A stretch of 64,000 bases of DNA from a bacterium (GTDB lineage: Bacteria > Hinthialibacterota > Hinthialibacteria > Hinthialibacterales > Hinthialibacteraceae), in contig CAXXMV010000008.1 in the NCBI GenBank assembly GCA_963662285.2, forward strand, positions 768,001 through 832,000, written 5' to 3'. Position 1 is the first letter of the stretch. Every line of letters begins with the position of its first letter. Positions 30,962-40,134 of this stretch are shown here, one piece after another. The position numbers and the translations under genes were made by a program. The notes beneath the pieces were generated by a model. That model was not told the DNA's origin. It did no database searches and saw only the letters and a program-made list of their open reading frames with translations.

Positions 30962-32041
30962 TCAGACCACCATTTTGCATAGTATTTCCGCCGCAATCAC
31001 GCCTCCATCAACTTCTGCAACCGGAAAAGACTTACCTCTCCGATTATTATTACATGCAAAAAAATCTTGCAAAAATCCCCAATTGCCCCGGTTAAAATCA
31101 TCTTCCGCTATAGCAAAAGTCTCAATCCAGTGCTTTGACTGCTCCACCAGCACCTTATGTTCAGGAAAACTATTCCTCGGAGGATAGGCTATAGGGATTT
31201 GATGAGCGATGCATTCCGTCACTATGCCATACCCCATCTTCGCTAAAGCTAAATCCGAAGCCCTGATGGCGTCTGGATGATATGTATCTCTGGGATGAAG
31301 ATAATGCACATTTTCCGGACCATTTAACTTTTCATCAAATGTCAGAAAAGTAATATCATTATAAGTTTCAAGAAAACCGGCTTTTATTGCATCTATCCCC
31401 ATCCCCCCGAAAGAAACTAAAACTACCCTGGCGTCCTGATCAATGCCGAAATGATGACGTGATTCCTCACGGGTCATGCTTGATCGTCTGACAATTAACG
31501 GGATATCTCTTATATCGGGAAAAACCGAGAGGTCGCCTGATAATGGAGTTCTTAACAAAAGCGAACATTGCCTATAATAATCAGATATCCGGTCGATAAT
31601 CCCCTGAAAAGCCGGATTCTGATCAAGAAATACCTCAAAAATCCAGTTCCAACTAAAATTCGCCACAATAACTGATGGTATCCCGGCTTTTTGCGCCACA
31701 GCCACTGCAAAAGGAGAAATATCGCCAACAACTAGATTATTACCTCCTTGAAACCTATTGACTTCTTCTTCAGCCAGCCGGGGATAATCATCCAACAGAC
31801 CATTCCAGAAATCATAAGTGCTTTGCTGATCGTTCTTTAAACAATCAATTTGCATAATCCCCGCATCATGTTGTAGAGATCGGTATTCAAAAGGCCGGAT
31901 CAATGACCTATCAAACAACCATTGCGGCGCCGAAGTAATTATCTCTACTTCAACCGATGATGGAATATGATTGATAACCTCAATTGCGCGGGTTGAATGG
32001 CCAAAGCCATGTGATGAAATATAATAATGAATTTTTGACAT
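30962..32041 (-). CDS. GT-B glycosyltransferase-like protein (L-arabinokinase N-terminal-like)
   Basis: YYISSHGFGHSTR, ANFSW, LVSFGG, KMGYG..TECIA, FPE. Confidence 0.7.
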   Translation of the reverse strand: MSKIHYYISSHGFGHSTRAIEVINHIPSSVEVEIITSAPQWLFDRSLIRPFEYRSLQHDAGIMQIDCLKNDQQSTYDFWNGLLDDYPRLAEEEVNRFQGGNNLVVGDISPFAVAVAQKAGIPSVIVANFSWNWIFEVFLDQNPAFQGIIDRISDYYRQCSLLLRTPLSGDLSVFPDIRDIPLIVRRSSMTREESRHHFGIDQDARVVLVSFGGMGIDAIKAGFLETYNDITFLTFDEKLNGPENVHYLHPRDTYHPDAIRASDLALAKMGYGIVTECIAHQIPIAYPPRNSFPEHKVLVEQSKHWIETFAIAEDDFNRGNWGFLQDFFACNNNRRGKSFPVAEVDGGVIAAEILCKMVV

Positions 32042-32079
32042 GAATCATCCTATAAATATTTTGTTACATCTACAACTAA

Positions 32080-32119
32080 GTAGGGCGCGTCCCTTGTGGG
32101 CGCCCAAGATACCCCCTAC
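32080..32119. repeat. GTAG-type REP-like hairpin
   Basis: GTAGGGCGCGTCCCTTGTGGGCGCCC...CCCCTAC. Confidence 0.45.
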
Positions 32120-32135
32120 GGATAACGAATAACAC

Positions 32136-34934
32136 TCAATTCAACGATGGCGGGATGGTTCGATATGGATTCTCATTCTTCACATCCGGGATGCGAAGTA
32201 CATTGCCGAATCGATCAACAGCTTCGATAGCGTATTGAGCGCCTTCTCTGGTAATAGGGAAATTACCCTGAAAAATCTCTCCTACGCCCTCCATTATAAC
32301 CTTTGTCCACTTAGCATCAGATGGCAGAGGCTTCCACCAGAATGAGACTGATTCAATTCCTGATGGATCAGTGACTTTTGCAGTAATAAATACCCTGCTT
32401 CCCGATTTACTATGCAGATGTTCCAGGTGCGAGCAAAATGGCGGGGTGACGTCATCCGTCACCACCATGGCAAATGGCAGCCGTCCTTCTGGTATTACCC
32501 ACGAATCGCCCCATTCCGTCCTTTTCCCGATGAAAAAGTACTGGAATTTGCCTTCCATCAAAACGCTGGGATTCAGTTCGGTATAGAAGACGCCCTCAAG
32601 TTGAGTCGAGGCCAACGGAAAACGGGCGGTCTCGCCCACTTGATTCTGATATTGCACAAACATCGAGTCAACTTTGATTTTGGGTGGAATGGATATTGTA
32701 AGCAAAGCCGATGAACTGGCGGCGATCTTGGTGACAGGGTAATGCCCCAATCCAGCCGTCCATTCGGTTGTATTGAGCCAGGCGTTATATAATTCGGTTA
32801 TGGTTAAACGGTCTTTCTCTTCTTGCGCAGGCATTAATTTCCAATGAAAACGGGCGGTTTTATTGCGCAGAGCATCCAACATGGGGCGGTAATGTAACGT
32901 AGTATAGTTCTGAACGTCCTGCCACGCGCTTTCAGACGAAGTCAGTTTTTCAGAAGCAATAATCAACGAAGGAATATCTCCGGTTTGTTGGTATATCTCT
33001 AACTGAATAGCAGCGCCAACCCGGTCCCGCCAATATTGTCCTAACGCCGCCAAAGCCTGAAAATCATACAACCAGGCATTCCACTCTTTCAGAATATCAA
33101 CTTTCGGCTTAATCGAAGAGGAATTGACTGAGCCAGTAGCCGATTGCAATATAGTTCCGGCCTGTTGAGCCAAAACCGCTGCTTCTTCCGCTTCAGTGAC
33201 CGATTCAGCCAATATATCCATTGGAGAACGGCGGCCATCAACCTTATTATTCAACTGAATTTCGACCTCTTCGGTTATCGAACGTATAGTGAATGAATCC
33301 AGCGGCTTTAGTTGGATTATCTCTTTAATGGAACGGGGCGGCTCCAATTCCGGCGCGAAATCAGATTTACCTGGTCCGGCAAAACAGACGCTGCCGATGG
33401 CGGGAATCATCCGGCTGGCTTTTTGCAAAGATTGAAACAACAACGTTCCCGCTTCATCTCCGAAATGTTCCTGAAATTTTCTTTCAAAAAAGATATTGGG
33501 CAATTCCGCATCATAAGCCAACCGGCCCCACAGCAAATACCAATACCAGTCGCGCTGATAGGTCCAGTCATAATACCGCAGATCGGAGCGGATCGGATTT
33601 GTATAGGCGTCGGCGTGGGGCAGAAAAGTGGAATAAGTTTGCAACACGAATCCATTCGCGCCCGAATAAGTCGAATTGGCTAACGCTTGTCGTATAAAAG
33701 CAGCATCACCCCACGGAAAAACCCGGTGCGTGCCGTTAAAGGGAAACTCAAACAGGATGCCATATTTTCGTGGAACATTGAAATAGTTCTGATATGAATA
33801 ACCGGGCCATTCACACATCCGGTTTCCAGTAACCGGATAGGGCAAAACCATGTGATCCCCATTAAACTTAACCTCCAAAACAGAACGGTTGGAGTTGCTA
33901 TCCACCAGTTGAACTACCTGCTCAGGATCAGCCTGCGAAGTGTGTAAAATAAACAACGGTTTATTGGCGCTTTGGTCAATCGCATTCACATAAGTATTCT
34001 GGTAAAAACCAGTAGGAAGACTATCATCTGACGCCATCAAGCCAAGACCATCTAAATCAGGACATGCTTTAAGCAAAGATTCCAAGGCGCCTGACAAGGT
34101 TGTCTGCAATTCAGCGCGATCTATGTTCGAAGAATCCTGCTCGCCCCAATCAATGCCTGAATTAATCAACGATATTGTCAAACCATACTGATGGGCTATT
34201 TGAATAATCCGCTGCAAAGATTTAAGATTGCGGGTTACATCTTCTGTCTTATTAAGGGATTGCGAAGCGATTAGATATGGTAATAGGTTACTGTATTGAG
34301 CGGTTACCAGATCATACACGCCCTGCAGTTCCAGATAATTGAACCGGCTCAAAGAAAGGTTTTTGATGAATCCATGCCAAAACGATTCGGAATGAAACCA
34401 TGAATATGGATCATCCAAAGCCTGCCGGTGAATCATCAACTGAATGCCGCGATTGGGAATCGACGGAGACCGCTTAATCTCCGTCACCCGCTGAGCTATT
34501 GGAATCTGCACCGAACGTTCTATCTGCTCCGCCAGTTCATAACATGCATACATGGCGCCAACCGGATCGCTGCCCAGCGCGTAATAACGTAAACCTCTAT
34601 CCTCAGTAGCTTTAATGATTGATAGCGATTCCCGGTCAACCGGAATCACATCCTTAAACATTTGCGCTTCTTTTTCTATATCAGCCTGAGAATCAAAGGG
34701 CATAACCACGATTTGCAAATCGAAGGATGCTTTATTATCCACCTTTCCAAACGAACGGCGAATAACCCAACCTTGCGATTTCATCACCCGTTCTACTTCC
34801 AATATCCCCATCAATATCGGCCCGGAAGGTTTCTGATGGGGACAAAGGATGCTAACCGTCGCAGCGAATGAAACAGATGAATTCGCCAGCAATATTCCCG
34901 ATGCAATTAATAACCAGAGTCGAATCCGATTCAT
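32136..34934 (-). CDS. Large secreted hypothetical protein, possibly glycoside hydrolase-like
   Basis: Signal peptide; GSDPVGAMYACYELAEQI and WGRLAYD resemble GH67/GH115-like proteins. Confidence 0.6.
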   Translation of the reverse strand: MNRIRLWLLIASGILLANSSVSFAATVSILCPHQKPSGPILMGILEVERVMKSQGWVIRRSFGKVDNKASFDLQIVVMPFDSQADIEKEAQMFKDVIPVDRESLSIIKATEDRGLRYYALGSDPVGAMYACYELAEQIERSVQIPIAQRVTEIKRSPSIPNRGIQLMIHRQALDDPYSWFHSESFWHGFIKNLSLSRFNYLELQGVYDLVTAQYSNLLPYLIASQSLNKTEDVTRNLKSLQRIIQIAHQYGLTISLINSGIDWGEQDSSNIDRAELQTTLSGALESLLKACPDLDGLGLMASDDSLPTGFYQNTYVNAIDQSANKPLFILHTSQADPEQVVQLVDSNSNRSVLEVKFNGDHMVLPYPVTGNRMCEWPGYSYQNYFNVPRKYGILFEFPFNGTHRVFPWGDAAFIRQALANSTYSGANGFVLQTYSTFLPHADAYTNPIRSDLRYYDWTYQRDWYWYLLWGRLAYDAELPNIFFERKFQEHFGDEAGTLLFQSLQKASRMIPAIGSVCFAGPGKSDFAPELEPPRSIKEIIQLKPLDSFTIRSITEEVEIQLNNKVDGRRSPMDILAESVTEAEEAAVLAQQAGTILQSATGSVNSSSIKPKVDILKEWNAWLYDFQALAALGQYWRDRVGAAIQLEIYQQTGDIPSLIIASEKLTSSESAWQDVQNYTTLHYRPMLDALRNKTARFHWKLMPAQEEKDRLTITELYNAWLNTTEWTAGLGHYPVTKIAASSSALLTISIPPKIKVDSMFVQYQNQVGETARFPLASTQLEGVFYTELNPSVLMEGKFQYFFIGKRTEWGDSWVIPEGRLPFAMVVTDDVTPPFCSHLEHLHSKSGSRVFITAKVTDPSGIESVSFWWKPLPSDAKWTKVIMEGVGEIFQGNFPITREGAQYAIEAVDRFGNVLRIPDVKNENPYRTIPPSLN

Positions 34935-35116
34935 GAATCTCCTCGGTGATAGTAATAAGGTAAATAGTAATTCCTCTTAGAAGGTGGTTGCTATCAACCC
35001 TCTCCTGACCTCTCTCAATCTTGGGAGAGGAATTATAAACCAAGGTACATTATATAACTAAGTCAATACAATATAACTGTTTATTTCCACAAAATCCCTC
35101 GCCCGGATGAATGAAT

Positions 35117-35158
35117 GGGTGGCAAGGGCAGTGTATTTTCTGCCCTTGATTGAGCCAC
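35117..35158 (+). repeat. GGGTG-REP variant (GGGTGGCAAGGGCAGTGTATTTTCTGCCCTTGAT)
   Basis: Near-identical to 16413 and 16695. Confidence 0.8.
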
Positions 35159-35248
35159 TAATTATTTCCAGAGTCTCACTAGCGATCTACACGGATAGCA
35201 AAATCATATAGATGATTTCATTTATCAATGGTTATCCGTCATTATCTA

Positions 35249-36574
35249 TTATGTAATACGCATCGGTTGCTTCTTAAGATAAACCAGAGATCGCCATAGC
35301 CATTCTAGTGGCCCCATCTGGAAATACCTAAGCCATATTGGACTATAAATCATTTGAATTAACCATATTGCAAACACAACATAATAGAGTTGGTAATATT
35401 GGAACTGACCGAAAAACCCTAATCCAAAACCGTCAAATATGAAGATGCAAATTATGGTCTGCATGATATAATTGGTAAGCGCCATACGGCCAACTGCCGC
35501 CAATTGATGGTTCAACCATTTAACCCAAGAATGCTTACACATCAGCATTATAAGCCCAATATGCCCCATAGAAACCGCAAATCGGCCTATATCATAGGTG
35601 AACGTTGCCTTGTATATTGCGATAAAGTCATATTCATGATGAATGATATATCTGATTTCAAAGAAATTTATGGTTAATCCAATACCATAACCCAATAGAA
35701 CCATCCGTAAATAAGTGGTTGAACGCAATTTTGCGGAAAACACTCTCCATTTAAACAAAGCCATTCCAATGAAAAACATGCCTATAGCATCAAAAAAACC
35801 CGATTTGTATATATAACTACTCTGAAAAGAAACATTACCCGGTAACAAACTTACAACATTGGAAAAGTATCCTTGACAGCGTTCATCGATTTCTTTTTGT
35901 ATTTGCTTCTCGGTTGGATGGAATTCTTTTCTTTTTTCTTTCCATGCTTTGATTGCCTGTTTTTGTTCATCATTCAATTCTTTACCATTATCTTGGAGCA
36001 TCTCAGCGGCAATCGCTTTGGATTTCATTGTTTCATAAGTGTGGATGGTATAAATAGTTTTTGGAATAAAACTGAGCAGAATGATAATTCCGCATATCAA
36101 TAGCGCTCGCGGACGCAGGTTTCTGAAGGGAAAGATAAAAAGACCGCAAATACCATATATATAAAGAATATCGTACCGCCATAATAATAAATAACAATGA
36201 ATTACTCCAAATATTATAAGCCATAGACAACGGCGATAATAAATATCTGCAACGTGAATGCCACTGCTTTGTCTTTCCAACTTGGTGATTATCAAGATCA
36301 TTCCGGCTCCGAAAAGCATTGAGAAAATAGCACGCATAGTATCTACAACAAACAATGAGCTGATTACCCATAACCAATGGTTCAAACTTACATTTCCACC
36401 CACGGCATTAGGATTATAATATTCCATATTAGGTAATCCAAATCCTATAATATTGATAAACAAGATGCCTAAAAGCGCGAAACCTCGCAGGGTATCGATC
36501 GAAGAAATTCTTTCTTTTTCTTTAACAGGTTGGAAGGTTGTTGAATCAACCAAGGTTGCATCTTGCATGGACAT
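35249..36574 (-). CDS. DUF418 (YeiB-like) membrane protein
   Basis: RISSIDTLRGFALLGI, VGRMALTNYIMQT, GPLEWLWR. Confidence 0.9.
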   Translation of the reverse strand: MSMQDATLVDSTTFQPVKEKERISSIDTLRGFALLGILFINIIGFGLPNMEYYNPNAVGGNVSLNHWLWVISSLFVVDTMRAIFSMLFGAGMILIITKLERQSSGIHVADIYYRRCLWLIIFGVIHCYLLLWRYDILYIYGICGLFIFPFRNLRPRALLICGIIILLSFIPKTIYTIHTYETMKSKAIAAEMLQDNGKELNDEQKQAIKAWKEKRKEFHPTEKQIQKEIDERCQGYFSNVVSLLPGNVSFQSSYIYKSGFFDAIGMFFIGMALFKWRVFSAKLRSTTYLRMVLLGYGIGLTINFFEIRYIIHHEYDFIAIYKATFTYDIGRFAVSMGHIGLIMLMCKHSWVKWLNHQLAAVGRMALTNYIMQTIICIFIFDGFGLGFFGQFQYYQLYYVVFAIWLIQMIYSPIWLRYFQMGPLEWLWRSLVYLKKQPMRIT

Positions 36575-36740
36575 TTAAGATTCCCTTCTTGTAATACGAA
36601 TTTGGTTATTTAACTTATAACATATCACCTTCTTATGTTCTACGCTGATCCAACCAAATCAGCATAGATGTTTCACAACAGCAAAAGATTTCCTTGGCTT
36701 ATTCATATCAATATTGTTATAATGCATAAAAGGAGATGGT

Positions 36741-37110
36741 ATGCCAGCAACACGGTTGTTCTTTTACAAAGAGGGGGACGGAAGCATCCCATTGGTGAAC
36801 TGGTTTTATACCATCCCCCCAAAAGCCCTCGCCAAATGCCGGGATCGTATAAAAAGGTTAAAAAAAACTAGGCCATGAGATACGAAGACCGCATGGCGAT
36901 TATTTAAGGGATGACATCTACGAATTACGAGCGTCACTGGAAGGTGTTCACTATCGCATGTTGTACTTTTTCCATGGAAATACAGCAGTAGTTATTTCTC
37001 ATGGGATAATCAAAGAAAAAAAAGTACCTTCGAAAGAAATCGACCGGGCGATAGAGCGAAGAAGGATTTTTTTAGAAAATCCGAAACAACATACACATGA
37101 GGTGATTTAG
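36741..37110 (+). pseudogene. RelE/ParE (HigB/Gp49-like) toxin with one extra A in an A8 tract
   Basis: MPATRLFFYKE...RIKRLKK, then after the shift at 36860-67 LGHEIRRPHGDYLRDDIYELR; paralog of 39374-39748. Confidence 0.8.
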
Positions 37111-37112
37111 CC

Positions 37113-37433
37113 ATGAATAAAAGAAAACCAACCACTGACGGCGAAGAAATCATGCACCGCCTGTTTTTTGAAGGTAAACCGGAAATGATGGCCTTTCTCG
37201 AAGAAGAACGGGCCAATGCGGATGTTGCGCAAAGCATTTATGATTTACGCCAGGAAGCAGGATTAACCCAACAGGAATTAGCTGATTTAATAGGTACAAA
37301 ACAGGCCGTTATTGCGCGCTTGGAGGATGCCGACTATGAAGGGCATTCTCTTTCCATGCTGAACCGGATTGCCGCCGCTCTTAACCGGAAAGTCCGTATT
37401 GAATTCGATCCTGTGGTACAGAAAACAACTTAG
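37113..37433 (+). CDS. XRE/HTH antitoxin (HigA-like)
   Basis: IYDLRQEAGLTQQELADLIGTKQAVIARLEDADY. Confidence 0.88.
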   Translation: MNKRKPTTDGEEIMHRLFFEGKPEMMAFLEEERANADVAQSIYDLRQEAGLTQQELADLIGTKQAVIARLEDADYEGHSLSMLNRIAAALNRKVRIEFDPVVQKTT

Positions 37434-37582
37434 TTGCATCCAGTTTGGGTAACTGTTCAACCAATAAATTTGAGCCGGATGCAAGGGCGAGACCATATTG
37501 CAGTCAGCCATTATTATCAAAACACAGTATCTTATAAAATGACTAAATGTAATGTTATCCCCGCTGACAGTAATAAAAAAAA

Positions 37583-37616
37583 TTGACAAACTTCGCAAAT
37601 ATGCGAAACTATAATT
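37583..37616 (+). promoter_or_regulatory. Sigma70 promoter with operator TTCGCA-N4-TGCGAA; probably a leaderless toxin mRNA
   Basis: TTGACA at 37583; palindrome in the spacer; no RBS before ATG 37617. Confidence 0.55.
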
Positions 37617-37976
37617 ATGCCGAAGATTATTTTCTATAAAGAAGAAGATGGAACCGTTCCTTTATTGGAATGGTTTAATGGACTTCCTGAGAAGGCTTTG
37701 GATAAATGCACGGCTAAGATTGAGCGACTTGAAGAACAGGGGCATAACCTTCGCAGACCGGAAGCGGATTATTTGCAAGAAGGGATATACGAACTGCGAA
37801 TTCGTTTTCAAAGCGTCAATTATCGTATTTTGTACTTCTTTTTTGAAAGAATAGCGGTGGTTCTATCTCATGGATTAACCAAGGAAAAGAAAGTTCCACA
37901 AGTGGAAATAGACAGAGCTATTGCGAGAAAAATCAAGTTTGAAGAATCCCCTGATAAACATGGATATGAGGAATAA
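37617..37976 (+). CDS. RelE/ParE-family (HigB/Gp49-like) toxin
   Basis: LRRPEADYLQEGIYELR...YRILYFF...LSHGLTKE. Confidence 0.88.
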   Translation: MPKIIFYKEEDGTVPLLEWFNGLPEKALDKCTAKIERLEEQGHNLRRPEADYLQEGIYELRIRFQSVNYRILYFFFERIAVVLSHGLTKEKKVPQVEIDRAIARKIKFEESPDKHGYEE

Positions 37977-37981
37977 ATAAA

Positions 37982-38317
37982 ATGGATACTGATAAAAAAC
38001 GCTCTAAAACCAATGATGGGTTAGAAATATTGCATCGCCGATATTACGAGGGTAAGCCGGAACGTCTTGAAAGCCTTCAAGAAGAACGGGAACACGCCGA
38101 GGTTGCCCGTAAGATATACGATTTGCGGAAAGAAGCGGGTTTCACCCAAAAGGAACTGGCCGAACGCGTTGGGACCACGCCATCGGTTATTTCCCGTTTG
38201 GAAGCTGCCGATTACGAAGGGCACTCGTTTTCCATGCTGAACAGGATTGCCGCTGCTCTTAATCGGAAAGTCCGTATAGAATTTGATCCCGTAGAGCATA
38301 AAACAAAGGTTGAGTAG
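37982..38317 (+). CDS. XRE/HTH antitoxin (HigA-like)
   Basis: IYDLRKEAGFTQKELAERVGTTPSVISRLE. Confidence 0.88.
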   Translation: MDTDKKRSKTNDGLEILHRRYYEGKPERLESLQEEREHAEVARKIYDLRKEAGFTQKELAERVGTTPSVISRLEAADYEGHSFSMLNRIAAALNRKVRIEFDPVEHKTKVE

Positions 38318-38370
38318 CATCCCAACTTTTGAACAGAGCGGTTTTTGAACCATGAGGTAACAAAATAATA

Positions 38371-38399
38371 TTGACATCCCGGCAAATTGCCGGTAAAAT
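38371..38399 (+). promoter_or_regulatory. Sigma70 promoter with palindromic operator
   Basis: TTGACA-17 nt-TAAAAT; spacer contains CCGGCAA-A-TTGCCGG. Confidence 0.7.
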
Positions 38400-38418
38400 G
38401 ATGGGAAAGGAGAAAAAT

Positions 38419-38697
38419 ATGAAAGCTCTTGAAAAGTCCAGATTAGAGGCTCGAGTTACTCCACAACAAAAAGAACTCTTTATTCAGGCTGCGGCTGTTT
38501 CTGGAATGTCCTTATCCGATTTTGTAAAATCAGCACTTATAGAAAAAGCCAATAATACATTGCGTGATAGTAATATTATAGAATTGTGCCTCGAAGACCA
38601 ACAACAATTAGCCAATCACCTTTTAAGGCCGCTTAAAACCCCTGCTAAATTTAAGAAATTAATGGCATGGCGCAAAGAACAAGAACAACATGCCTGA
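38419..38697 (+). CDS. DUF1778 (TacA/AtaR-like) antitoxin
   Basis: RLEARVTPQQKELFIQAAAVSGMSLSDFV; overlaps the GNAT start. Confidence 0.85.
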   Translation: MKALEKSRLEARVTPQQKELFIQAAAVSGMSLSDFVKSALIEKANNTLRDSNIIELCLEDQQQLANHLLRPLKTPAKFKKLMAWRKEQEQHA

Positions 38698-39211
38698 TTT
38701 TTTCAAAACATATAGCATTACCCCTTTGAGCAAAAAGCATAATCGAAATTCTTTTGATTGCGGCGTCCAGGAATTAAATGATTATTTTGTGAAAAGGGCT
38801 GGTCAGGATAGCAGGCGAAACGTGGCCTCGATATGGGTTGCAGAAAATAATGACGCCGTAGAAATTGCAGGGTTTTATTCGCTATCTATGGCCGCTGTTC
38901 CGCTTTCTAATCTTTCAGACGATACAAAAAAGAAACTGCCTCGCTATGGAAATGTTCCCGCAGTACGCTTAGGTCGGCTAGCTATATCCAGAAATGAACA
39001 GGGGAAAGGGCTTGGAAAGTATCTGTTAACTGACGCTATTATTCGCTGTCTGAGAGATGAAATTGCCTGGGCCTTGTTTTTGGTTGATGCTAAAAACGAT
39101 ACAGCCCGGAAATTTTATGAAAACTTCGGGTTTTTCTCTTTAAAAGAAAATAAAAATAATTTGTATATACCCCGCACTGTTATTGAAAGGGAATATAGTT
39201 TTGACGAATAA
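38690..39211 (+). CDS. GNAT toxin (TacT/AtaT-like)
   Basis: FDCGVQELNDY, PAVRLGRLAI, QGKGLG, VDAKN..A..FY. Confidence 0.88.
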   Translation: MPDFFKTYSITPLSKKHNRNSFDCGVQELNDYFVKRAGQDSRRNVASIWVAENNDAVEIAGFYSLSMAAVPLSNLSDDTKKKLPRYGNVPAVRLGRLAISRNEQGKGLGKYLLTDAIIRCLRDEIAWALFLVDAKNDTARKFYENFGFFSLKENKNNLYIPRTVIEREYSFDE

Positions 39212-39373
39212 ACCTATCTGTTCTCATATTTACACGCTGGATAAATATGGATATGAGGAATGGTTCTGGAGATTACTAGGGTTTGCCTATATCCGCCTTG
39301 ATGTTTCACGACAGTAAGAAATTTTCTTGCCCTATTTATAACAAGATTGTTATAATACATAAAAGGAGATGGT

Positions 39374-39748
39374 ATGCCGATAATACGTATGGTTTATTAC
39401 CGAACCAAAACTGGAACAATCCCATTGCAGGATTGGTTTGATATTCTTCCTGAAAAAGCCGTTGCCAAATGTCGTGTTCGCATGGATCGACTTCAAGAAA
39501 AAGGCCACGAACTAAGGCGACCTCATGGGGATTATTTGCGAGATGATATCTACGAATTAAGAGCATCCTTGCAAGGCATTCATTACCGTGTTTTGTATTT
39601 TTTTCACGAAAATACTGCCGTTGTGGTATCGCATGGGATCGTTAAAGAAAAAAGAGTGCCGCCAAAAGAGATTGATTTGGCCATCGAGAGAAGAAAGGCT
39701 TTTTTTCAAAATCCGGAACAACACACATACGAGGAGCCATTATTATGA
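39374..39748 (+). CDS. RelE/ParE-family (HigB/Gp49-like) toxin
   Basis: LRRPHGDYLRDDIYELR...YRVLYFF...SHGIVKE. Confidence 0.88.
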   Translation: MPIIRMVYYRTKTGTIPLQDWFDILPEKAVAKCRVRMDRLQEKGHELRRPHGDYLRDDIYELRASLQGIHYRVLYFFHENTAVVVSHGIVKEKRVPPKEIDLAIERRKAFFQNPEQHTYEEPLL

Positions 39749-40065
39749 GTAAACAAAAATCAACCACAGACGCTATAGAAATTATGCATCGTCGATATTT
39801 TGAAGGTAAACCGGAAATGATGGCTCTTCTTGAAGAAGAACGTGCCAATGCGGATGTGGCGCAAAGCATTTATGATTTACGCCAGGAAGCAGGATTAACC
39901 CAACAGGAATTAGCCGATTTAATCGGAACTAAACAGACCGTTATTGAACGCTTGGAAGATGCCGACTATGAAGGGAATGCTCTTTCCATGCTGAACCGGA
40001 TTGCCGCTGCTCTTAATCGGAAAGTCCGTATTGAGTTTGATCCCGTGGTACAGAAAACAACTTAA
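39745..40065 (+). CDS. XRE/HTH antitoxin (HigA-like), close paralog of 37113-37433
   Basis: Near-identical sequence to the first antitoxin. Confidence 0.88.
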   Translation: MSKQKSTTDAIEIMHRRYFEGKPEMMALLEEERANADVAQSIYDLRQEAGLTQQELADLIGTKQTVIERLEDADYEGNALSMLNRIAAALNRKVRIEFDPVVQKTT

Positions 40066-40134
40066 TTACTCACTTTCAGAGTAATTGTTCAACCAGTGAA
40101 TTTGAGCCCTTGATTCTATCATTTCCGATTGTAT

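Noticed and set aside
36660-40115. Integron cassette array
   Set aside because: No convincing attC (RYYYAAC...GTTRRRY hairpin) between the modules, and no IntI.
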